Below, in pieces: positions 28,428 to 36,388 of a DNA stretch of 64,000 nucleotides; within the stretch, counting starts at the first letter, position 1; every line of letters begins with the position of its first letter. The DNA comes from Syntrophaceae bacterium UBA6252 (GTDB lineage: Bacteria > Desulfobacterota > Syntrophia > Syntrophales > UBA6807). The DNA is taken from NCBI GenBank assembly GCA_002441265.1, contig DJVQ01000045.1, forward strand, positions 57,575 to 121,574. The letters run 5' to 3'. The position numbers and the translations under genes were made by a program. The notes below the pieces were generated by a model. That model was not told the DNA's origin, did not search any database, and saw nothing but the letters and a program-made list of their open reading frames with translations.

Positions 28428-30617
28428 ATGACCGCCCCGGGGCATGCGGGAACACCGGGCAGGGACAGGCTGCCTTTCGCCGTCCTTGCGGCGTTCCTCG
28501 CCCTTCTCGGGACGCTCGTGTTTCTCCGCGTCCAGGAAACCCGGCAGGAACCTTTCTTCGACGTTCTGAGCTACGCCTCGAAGGCGAAAGCCTTCTGGGA
28601 TGCCGCCGGGGAGGGGAAACCCTTCAACCCCCTCGACCTGGAACCGGCCATCCGGCCGCCGGGGACGGTCCTCGTCACGTATCCCTTCGGATTTTCCGAT
28701 GAATACCGGGGATTTTATTTCCGCACGGTTTTTCTTCCCGTGGTCCTTTTCGCCCTCGCTCTCTGGACGGCGGGGAGAAGGGCCCGGGAGCGGAAGGGGG
28801 GCGCCTGGCTCGTTCTCGTCCTCGTCGTCGCGTTTTCCTCGCTCCCCCTGTTCTATCAATTCGAACCGGCCCGGCCTTCCCCTGTCTATCCCTGGCCGAC
28901 CTGCTGGGGGCTTGTGGACACCGCGCTCGGGGCCGTCGCCGCCCTCGCGGCGGCCCTCGTCGCCCGGGGGGCCCAGGCCCGCTCCACGGCCCTGACGGCC
29001 GCCGGCATCGCTGCCGCGGCCTTCTGCCTTTTCATCAAGCCCTCGGGGATCCTCATCATGGGGGCCGTTTTCCTCGTGTGGTTCCTTTCCCTTTTCCCCT
29101 GGAGCAAACAGGGACGCGCGGACCGGTATGTCGCCGCCTGCCTCGGTGCGTTCCTTCTCGTTTACGGCGCCGCCCTGTACGCCGCCCTGCTCTCCAGGTA
29201 TCTCTCCCCGGAGACCCTGTCCCTCGGGGGAAAGGCCATGGAGGTTCTCTTGAGCGAGTGGCCCCTCGAACGGTGGGGGCCGGTCCTCCTGCGGCAGGTC
29301 CATTTCAGCGTGGGGCTCCACTGGCTCGTGTTCCTTGCAGCAATCGCCGTCCTGGCCGGCGTTTCACGGCGGAGCCGGGAGACGGAACGGGAAGGGGAAT
29401 CCCCGTCCCGCTCCTGGATTCCGGCGACCCTTGCGGTGCTCGGGATCGGACTGTGGTTCTGGCTCGTTGCCACGGGGAAATCCCAGGTACGGTATTTCTA
29501 CCCTTTTCTTCTCATGGCCGTCGTCCTCGTCTTCCCCCCGCTCATCGAGGTCCTGGAACGGACGGGGAATTCCCTGAAAAAGGTCCTTGCGGGCCTCGCC
29601 CTTCTTCCTCCCCTTTTGCTTATCGTTCTCCTCCTTCCCGGGAAACCCTTCCCGTGCGCCGGTCCCTTCCTCGGGGTGCACGTCGATTCCGGGGGGCTTG
29701 CCGACGTGGCCAGGCAGGCGGGAGCCCTGGTCGAGGAGGCGAGAAAAAGGGAAAGGAACCTCCTCGTGTACCTTCCTTCGGAGGACCACGGCAATGCCGT
29801 GTTCGCAGGGGTGGGTGGTTACAGGCGCCTGATCGACCCGGGAAAGCCCTCTTTCTTTTCCAGGACCGCCATCCGGTGGGACCGCCCGCCCGTCATCGTC
29901 CTTGCGGAGATGGCGTCGGCCGATTTCATCCTTTTCGAACCGGTGTCCCCTCCCGCCGAGGCGGCAAGGGTGCTCCAAGCGGCCTTCGCCCCCGATTTCC
30001 CCTCGGAAAAGCGCCTCGTCCGGTCGTGGCTCACCGGACTCGATCCCTCTTCGTCGGGAGTCGCGGTCCGCTCGGAAACGTCTTTGCGCCTCCTGGAGAT
30101 CACCGATCGGGAGCGCTTCTCACTGGCCGTCGACGGTCTGCGGAACCGGGACGGGTGGCGGGAAATCTTCGAGGAGGCGAATCCGCGGCGCTGGCTCACC
30201 GGGGAGGGGATGGAGCGGATGCTTTCCGGCGGGGCGTCCGTCGCCGGAGGAATCCGCTTCGGGGGCAGGTTCTCCCTGGAAGGCCTTGAAATGCGGCGGG
30301 ACGAAAACGGCCTGGTCCTGGATCTTTTCTGGAAAAGCCAGGACGAGGCCAGGCTCGACGGGATTGTCTTCCTCCACATGGTGAACGCCGAAGGCGTCAT
30401 CCTGGCCCAGGGGGATTACGGCCAGGATCCCGGAAAGCGGGCCGTTCGGAAGGATGCATGCTGGCGGGACCGCGTCCGGATCCCTGAAAACGACCTGAAG
30501 GGGGCGGCGGCCCTGGCCCTGGGAATCTACAAACCGCCGGATCTTTTCCTTCTTCCCGACGGGGGAAGAACGGACTGGGGCGGCAAACGGCTTCTCGTGC
30601 CCCTGGAAAGGAAATGA
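28428..30617 (+). CDS. Polytopic membrane protein, putative GT-C glycosyltransferase/ligase with C-terminal periplasmic beta domain
   Basis: Acidic residue in the first loop (FFDVLSY), RPPG, IKPSG and QVRYFYP motifs; >10 TM segments; soluble tail FLHMVNAEG...WRDRVRIP...LGIY typical of GT-C-associated domains. Confidence 0.55.
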   Translation: MTAPGHAGTPGRDRLPFAVLAAFLALLGTLVFLRVQETRQEPFFDVLSYASKAKAFWDAAGEGKPFNPLDLEPAIRPPGTVLVTYPFGFSDEYRGFYFRTVFLPVVLFALALWTAGRRARERKGGAWLVLVLVVAFSSLPLFYQFEPARPSPVYPWPTCWGLVDTALGAVAALAAALVARGAQARSTALTAAGIAAAAFCLFIKPSGILIMGAVFLVWFLSLFPWSKQGRADRYVAACLGAFLLVYGAALYAALLSRYLSPETLSLGGKAMEVLLSEWPLERWGPVLLRQVHFSVGLHWLVFLAAIAVLAGVSRRSRETEREGESPSRSWIPATLAVLGIGLWFWLVATGKSQVRYFYPFLLMAVVLVFPPLIEVLERTGNSLKKVLAGLALLPPLLLIVLLLPGKPFPCAGPFLGVHVDSGGLADVARQAGALVEEARKRERNLLVYLPSEDHGNAVFAGVGGYRRLIDPGKPSFFSRTAIRWDRPPVIVLAEMASADFILFEPVSPPAEAARVLQAAFAPDFPSEKRLVRSWLTGLDPSSSGVAVRSETSLRLLEITDRERFSLAVDGLRNRDGWREIFEEANPRRWLTGEGMERMLSGGASVAGGIRFGGRFSLEGLEMRRDENGLVLDLFWKSQDEARLDGIVFLHMVNAEGVILAQGDYGQDPGKRAVRKDACWRDRVRIPENDLKGAAALALGIYKPPDLFLLPDGGRTDWGGKRLLVPLERK

Positions 30618-30618
30618 G

Positions 30619-31464
30619 ATGGGTTCGGAGCCATTGAGCGGGAGGGAAAAAGCGGGGGCGGCGGTTCCGCCCGGCGACGGCGGCCGCGTGCGCCGCGAGA
30701 TCGCCCACGGCCGGTACCTTTCCGCCCGAGGGCCGGAGAACGTCTGGAACTGGGGAAGCCCGGCGGGAAGGCTCCGGTGGCGGAGAAGGGAAGCCCTGCT
30801 GACGGCAGGGATCCGCCCGGAGGCGGAGGTCCTGGAGATCGGCTGCGGAACGGGATCCCTGGCGGCGACCCTGGCCGGTCTCGGCGCGTCCGTGACGGCC
30901 ATGGACGTGTCGGAACCGCTCCTCGCCGAAGCGGGGAAGAAAATCGGGCAAGGGAGGGCCTTTTTCCTCAGAGGGGACGCCCACGGCCTTCCCTTCCGGT
31001 CGGGATCCTTTCACCGGGTTCTCGGGAGTTCCATCCTCCACCACCTGGATCTCGACAGGGCGCTGCCGGAAATCCTCCGGGTCCTGAAGCCGGGAGGCCG
31101 CATCGCCTTCGCCGAGCCGAACCTGGTGAACCCCCAGGTGCTGGCGATGAAAAAGCTGCCCTTTTTCGGGAGATGGATGGGGGAATCCCCCGACGAGACC
31201 GCTTTCATCCGGTGGAAACTGGGCCGTCTCCTCCGTTCCAGGGGCTTTTCCAGGGTCCGGATCGTCCCCTTCGACTTCCTTCACCCCCTGCTGCCCGCCG
31301 GGGTGCTTGATTTTTCGGCCGCCTTCTGTTTAATGCTGGAGAGAATCCCTCTCCTCAGGGAGGCGGCGGGGTCGCTGTTCATCTCCGCGGAAAAGGCGGG
31401 GGACGGCTCCGGGACGGAAGGAATGACGCCGGGGAGGGGCCGGACCCGCGCGCCGGGAGATTGA
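30619..31464 (+). CDS. Class I SAM-dependent methyltransferase (Methyltransf_11-like)
   Basis: LEIGCGTG, GDAHGLPF, ILHHL and RVLKPGG motifs. Confidence 0.88.
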   Translation: MGSEPLSGREKAGAAVPPGDGGRVRREIAHGRYLSARGPENVWNWGSPAGRLRWRRREALLTAGIRPEAEVLEIGCGTGSLAATLAGLGASVTAMDVSEPLLAEAGKKIGQGRAFFLRGDAHGLPFRSGSFHRVLGSSILHHLDLDRALPEILRVLKPGGRIAFAEPNLVNPQVLAMKKLPFFGRWMGESPDETAFIRWKLGRLLRSRGFSRVRIVPFDFLHPLLPAGVLDFSAAFCLMLERIPLLREAAGSLFISAEKAGDGSGTEGMTPGRGRTRAPGD

Positions 31465-31489
31465 TTTCAAGACAGGGAAGGGGCGATCG

Positions 31490-32899
31490 TTGACGAAAGA
31501 GGAACGGGTCCGTTACTTCGATTCCGTGGCGGCCGAAAGGAAGAAATGGAGACGGAAGGGGGCATTCTACCACGGGGAACTGGAAAGGTATCTCCGGCTC
31601 GTGGTTCCTCCCGGCTCGTCGGTCATCGAGATCGGCTGCGGAACGGGGGAACTCCTGAACGCCCTCCGGCCGGTAAGGGGCCTTGGAATCGACATCAGTC
31701 CCGGGATGGTCGCCGAAGCCAGGAAAAACTTTCCCCATCTCCGGTTCGAGACGGGGGACCTGGAGGATCTCCGGATCGGCGAGACATTCCAGTACGTCAT
31801 CCTGGTGGAGACCATCGGACACGTCGACGACATCCAGAGGGCCCTCCGGGAGCTGCACAAGGTCTGCGATCCCCGGACCCGGGTCATTCTCGTCTCTTAC
31901 AATTACCTCTGGGAACCGGTCCTCAAGTTCGGCGAGGCCGTCGGGCTCCGCATGAAGCAGCCGCTCCAGCACTGGCTGCCCATGACGGACATGGCCAATC
32001 TCCTGTTCCTGGCGGATTTCGAGGTGGTCCGGCGGGAAAGCAAGATCCTCGCACCGGTCCGGGTGCCCTGCGTTTCCGCCTTCGCGAACCGCGTCCTGGC
32101 CAACCTCCCCCTCATCAGCCGCCTGTGCCTGAACGGAATCCTCATCGCCCGCCCCATGACCCCGAGGAAGGACCCCGGGCGGATCTCCACGTCCGTCATC
32201 GTGCCCTGCCGGAACGAAAAGGGGAACATTGCGCCGGCGGCGGCCAGGATTCCCGCCATGGGCTGCCGGACGGAAATCCTTTTCGTGGAGGGCCATTCCG
32301 GAGACGGTACCCTGGAGGAGTGCGAGCGGGTGCGGGACGCCCGCCCCGACCGGGAGATCCGCGTCTTCCGGCAGCCGGGGGAGGGAAAGGGGGACGCCGT
32401 TCGGGAGGGCTTTTCCAGGGCGACCGGTGACGTCCTCATGATCCTCGACGCCGATCTCACCGTCCCCCCGGAAGACCTCCCCAAGTTTTTCGAAGCCCTC
32501 TCGAAGGGGAAGGGGGAGTTCATCAACGGGTCCAGGCTGGTCTACCAGATGGAGGACAGGGCCATGCGTTTTCTGAACCTCCTGGGGAACAAGTTCTTCA
32601 GCATGGCCTTCGGCTACCTCCTGGAACAGCCGATCCGGGACACCCTGTGCGGGACCAAGGTGCTGTGGCGGGAGGACTATGAAAACATCGCCGCCGGAAG
32701 GTCCTACTTCGGGGAACTCGACCCCTTCGGGGATTTCGACCTCCTCTTCGGCGCCGCCCGGCTGAATCTCAAGATCGTCGAGATCCCAGTGAAATACCGG
32801 GAACGGACCTACGGGAGGACGCAGATCCAAAGATTCCGGCACGGGTGGCTTCTCCTGAAGATGACCTTCGTCGCCATGAGGAGGATCAAATTTTTGTGA
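31490..32899 (+). CDS. Bifunctional SAM-methyltransferase-like / GT2 glycosyltransferase
   Basis: N-terminal IEIGCGTG; C-terminal VIVPCRNEKGNI, ILDADLT, DTLCGTK and DPFGDFDLLFGA motifs (DPM-like GT2). Confidence 0.88.
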   Translation: MTKEERVRYFDSVAAERKKWRRKGAFYHGELERYLRLVVPPGSSVIEIGCGTGELLNALRPVRGLGIDISPGMVAEARKNFPHLRFETGDLEDLRIGETFQYVILVETIGHVDDIQRALRELHKVCDPRTRVILVSYNYLWEPVLKFGEAVGLRMKQPLQHWLPMTDMANLLFLADFEVVRRESKILAPVRVPCVSAFANRVLANLPLISRLCLNGILIARPMTPRKDPGRISTSVIVPCRNEKGNIAPAAARIPAMGCRTEILFVEGHSGDGTLEECERVRDARPDREIRVFRQPGEGKGDAVREGFSRATGDVLMILDADLTVPPEDLPKFFEALSKGKGEFINGSRLVYQMEDRAMRFLNLLGNKFFSMAFGYLLEQPIRDTLCGTKVLWREDYENIAAGRSYFGELDPFGDFDLLFGAARLNLKIVEIPVKYRERTYGRTQIQRFRHGWLLLKMTFVAMRRIKFL

Positions 32900-32926
32900 C
32901 GATTTTGACGTTCCGATTACATTTTT

Positions 32927-32955
32927 TTGACAGGAGGCCCGCAATCCGATAGGAT
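32927..32955 (+). promoter_or_regulatory. Sigma70-like promoter for the PKD-repeat (putative seleno) protein
   Basis: TTGACA (32927-32932), 17-bp spacer, TAGGAT (32950-32955), preceded by a T-rich tract. Confidence 0.7.
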
Positions 32956-32961
32956 GCCCCG

Positions 32962-33190
32962 AACCCGCCCGGGAGAAATTTTCGTTGAAAATCCCCGAAA
33001 GGCGGGCTTTTTCAACGATGGTGTCTGAAAAGCGAGACCCGCAAAGGGTTCTGAAGCCCAGGGGAGATCCGGAAACCCCGGAATTGACGCCGGTCCCCGG
33101 GGAAGCGGGCCGTCACGGAGATTTCTCCGGAATGCGGTATGTTTATTGCAATAACCTCATGCAGTAAGAGAAAAATTACACTCTTTCGAG
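32962..33190 (+). other. Long, highly structured putative 5' leader
   Basis: Hairpins TCGTTGAAAA...TTTTCAACGA with an inner GAAA loop, AGACCC-GCAA-AGGGTTCT, and a nested TCCGGA...TGACG...CGTCA...TCCGGA structure. Confidence 0.4.
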
Positions 33191-33198
33191 GAGGAAAC

Positions 33199-34899
33199 AT
33201 GAAGAGGGTGGTCAAAAAGATCCCGATGTGGTCATTTATGGCCTTGGCGCTTGCCATTATCCTTACGCTGTCCATGGCAAAGCCGGCGGCCGCGGGGTGA
33301 GGCACGTGCTACTTTACGCTGGCCGTGACTGTCAGCCCGATTGCTATAGCAGGAAATGTGGAAGTTACCCCCGTAACGGAAAAACTGCAGAAGGTGACAT
33401 GCTACAATGAGGAGAGTGGCTCGGTTGAAGGCAAATGCAACTACGTTACGGAAGGGAGTATCTCCTATTATCTGACCGCCACCGCGAACGAGGGATACAC
33501 GTTCTCACGATGGGAGGGAGAAGTCTCGAGCACCAACCAGACGGTTACCATCACGCTCCCGGCAACGGCGGACTCGACGACGAAAAACTTCAAGGCGATT
33601 TTTGTGCAAAGGACCCCGACGCCCCCCACTGCGAACGCCGGGGCCGACCAGATAGTCGAATCCGGCACTCTGGTCACCCTCGACGGATCGGGATCGTCCG
33701 ACAGCGACGGGACCATCGTTTCGTACAGTTGGGAGCAGCTCTCGGGGACAGGAGTCGCCCTTTCCGACAACAACGCCCAGAAACCCACCTTCACGGCGCC
33801 CAATGTGGCGGCGGGTTCGACGGCGGCCCTGACCTTCCGTCTCCGCGTGTATGACGATGAGATGATGTCCGGAACGGACACCGTGACCATCACCGTGGGG
33901 TCGTCCAACGAGGCCCCCACTGCGAACGCCGGGGCGGACCAGTCGGTTCAGACGGGAACGACGGTCACCCTGAACGGGACCGGGTCGTCCGATCCCGAGG
34001 GAGGCGCGCTTACCTATGCCTGGACCCAGCTCTCCGGGACCGAGGTCACGTTGTCCGACCCGACTGCGTCGAGTCCCGCCTTCACCGCTCCCGATGAGGC
34101 GGGGACCCTCGTGTTCCAGCTCACTGTCACAGACAGTTACCAGGCTTCGGACACGGACACGGTCACGATCACCGTCTCGGTTCCGAGTGCATCGGCGGCG
34201 TACAGGCTCTACTACCCCCACGTGGTGAGCCAGCTTTCCGCCGGCGGCGACAAGGTCTGGGAGACGGACATCATCATCGTCTATACCGGCACGGAGGAAT
34301 CCTTCACGGGGACCCTCCTGGCCTACGACGCCTCGGGCGCGGAAGTCGGCACGGCCGTCGGGGTGACCCTGGCCCCCCTGGGAAGGATCGTCTACCCGGT
34401 GGGTGCGACCTTCGAATCGCCGGAGACGATCCGGTACATCGTTCTCGAGTCGGAACAGGACGGCGCCGTGGGCTATGAGCTGCTCGGCGTGGACGGCCTG
34501 GCCCGGACGACCTTCGAGGCGTACCAGGTTTCCGGGGATGCGGAATACCAGCCCCCCATCGCCCAGAGCCGGGCTTCGTCCGCCCTTCCCTCTTCGTCGG
34601 GCGTGTTCATGACGCTGGACCAGGCGGGCTGGACCGGCATCGTCTTCGTGAATCCCGGCGACGCCGAGGTCACGATCGAACTCAAAGCCTACAATGACGA
34701 AGGCGAGGAGATCGCGACCGATTCCTTCGACCTGGCGGCGGGAGGCTATCGCTCCGGGTTCGCTTCCGGGTTCTTCCTGGAGAAAGGGGCCCTTGAAGGC
34801 GCCACCCACATCACCTATTCGGCGGGCGGCGACGTGATCGCCGTCCAGTTTACCGGCGACTTCAGCGGCGCCATGCTGGATTCGCTTCCCGGCGCCTGA
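33199..34899 (+). CDS. Secreted PKD/K319-like repeat protein with in-frame TGA at codon 34 (putative selenocysteine, UxxC); alternatively a nonsense pseudogene
   Basis: GAGGAGG RBS then ATG 33199, in frame with ORF 33325. Reads MKRVVKKIPMWSFMALALAIILTLSMAKPAAAG-TGA-GTCYFTL...; then an InlB-B-like repeat (LTATANEGYTFSRWEG), two ANAGADQ PKD/K319-like repeats and two shared surface domains. Confidence 0.75.
33301..33350 (+). promoter_or_regulatory. Candidate bacterial SECIS hairpin
   Basis: GCTGGC(33318-23)-CGTGACT-GTCAGC(33331-36): 6-bp stem with one G-U pair; loop starts 23 nt after the TGA and has G in position 2; a possible lower GCTA/TAGC pairing. Confidence 0.55.
33623..34180 (+). repeat. 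Two intragenic PKD/K319-like domain repeats (291-nt period)
   Basis: CCCCCACTGCGAACGCCGGGGC(C/G)GACCAG occurs at ~33623 and ~33914. Confidence 0.75.
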
Positions 34900-34917
34900 T
34901 CCGGTACCGTAACGATG

Positions 34918-34962
34918 AAGGGAAAGGCAGGGTTCCCAAAACCCTGCCTTTCCCTTTTTTTT
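34918..34962 (+). terminator. Intrinsic terminator
   Basis: AAGGGAAAGGCAGGG-TTCCCAAAA-CCCTGCCTTTCCCTT followed by a T run. Confidence 0.9.
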
Positions 34963-35101
34963 ATTTCATGGATCCTTCGGATTTCCGGAATCCTTTTGAC
35001 GGTGAGCCGCCGCCGTGCTAAGAAGACAGCCTGAGTTCTGTCGGACTTGCGGGGTGGCGAACCGCCCCAGGGGGGCTTCCGTCAGGGCGTGACCGATTTC
35101 C

Positions 35102-35311
35102 TCGGGAGACGCTGATGACCGAATCGACAGGGAATGTGCGCATCGCCGTTCCCTCTCTCGCCGCCTTGCGATTTTTCGCCGCCGCCGTCATCGTCCTGCA
35201 CCATTCGGGAGACGCTGATGACCGGATCAACAGGGAACGGGCGCATCGCCATTCCCTCTCTCACCGCCTTGCGATTTTTCGCCGCCGCCGTCATTGTCCT
35301 GCACCATTCGG
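35102..35311 (+). repeat. 103-bp imperfect tandem duplication of the RBS and first 31 codons of the acyltransferase
   Basis: ATG at 35115 and 35218, both preceded by TCGGGAGACGCTG; 7 mismatches between the copies. Confidence 0.9.
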
Positions 35312-36366
35312 TGGGGCATTTCGGCATCGGAACGGAAATCCAGAAATACATCAACACCGGCCAGCCGGTCTGTTTTTTCTTCCTTCTTTCCGGATTCATC
35401 CTCGCCTGCGTATACCCCTCCCTGGACAGGGGACGGGACATCATGAAATTCATGGTATCCCGGCTTGCCCGGATCTGGCCGCTTCATATCCTGACATTTT
35501 TCGTGGTGGTCCTGTTCGCGCCGGGGGGGCGCCCCCCGATTTCCGTGGCCGCATCGAATTTCCTCATGGTTCACGGCTGGATACCGGTGAAGGAATACTT
35601 CTTCTCCGTCAACTGGCTTTCGTGGGCCGTGTCGGCCGAGTGGGCCCTGTATCTTTTTTTCCCCGTTCTCCTTTACCGGCTGAACCGCACCTGGCACGTC
35701 AAGCTCATCCTTTCCTTTTTTCTTGCCCTCCTTCTCATTGTCCTGTGCAGGGTCTACGATCTTCCCCCCCTGGGCGGGGAAGGGAAACCGGCCGCCCTGG
35801 GACTGGTGTACATCAGCCCCCTGGCGAGGCTCTTCGAGTTCACCCTGGGCATGTCCCTGGGGCTCCTGTATCTCCGGCGGAGGAGAACGGCGCCCGGGAA
35901 TACGCGGCGGGGAACCCTCCTGGAAACCGGGGTCTGCCTGTTTGCGATCGCCGCGATCCTGGGCACCTATCCCATCCTGAAGACCCTTTACCCCCTTCTC
36001 GGTTACGGGGCGGCGAAATGGGTGGAATCCAGCGGATGGCCCTCCCTCTTCTACGCCCCCCTGATCCTGGTCATGGCCTTCGAAAGGGGGAGGATTTCGC
36101 ACTGGCTGGGGAACGGAATTCTCGTGAAACTCGGAGAACTCAGCTTTTCGATTTATCTCCTTCATCAGATCGGGATCCGTTTTTATGTTTCCCGGTTCGG
36201 GACGGCGGCCGATCGCTTCGATGCCGCCGCGTACGGCATCTTCTGGGTTCTGCTCCTTCTTGCGGCATTTTTTGTGCAAGTCGCCGTGGAGAAGCCCTGC
36301 AGAAAAGCCATCATCCGATGGTTCGACCGTTTCCGGGGCGGGCAGGAAACGGTCCCCGTCCGGTGA
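35218..36366 (+). CDS. Acyltransferase_3 (OafA-like) membrane O-acyltransferase
   Basis: SLTALRFFAAAVIVLHH, VCFFFLLSGFIL, RLARIWPLH, WAVSAEWALYL, LGELSFSIYLLH and VEKP motifs. Confidence 0.9.
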   Translation: MTGSTGNGRIAIPSLTALRFFAAAVIVLHHSVGHFGIGTEIQKYINTGQPVCFFFLLSGFILACVYPSLDRGRDIMKFMVSRLARIWPLHILTFFVVVLFAPGGRPPISVAASNFLMVHGWIPVKEYFFSVNWLSWAVSAEWALYLFFPVLLYRLNRTWHVKLILSFFLALLLIVLCRVYDLPPLGGEGKPAALGLVYISPLARLFEFTLGMSLGLLYLRRRRTAPGNTRRGTLLETGVCLFAIAAILGTYPILKTLYPLLGYGAAKWVESSGWPSLFYAPLILVMAFERGRISHWLGNGILVKLGELSFSIYLLHQIGIRFYVSRFGTAADRFDAAAYGIFWVLLLLAAFFVQVAVEKPCRKAIIRWFDRFRGGQETVPVR

Positions 36367-36388
36367 CGGGAGGAGGAAGGAACCCATC

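Noticed and set aside
32956..33131. c-di-AMP (ydaO) or c-di-GMP riboswitch assignment for the leader
   Set aside because: CCCGAACCCG lies at the 5' end instead of the 3' end, and other conserved blocks are missing; kept only as an unassigned structured leader.
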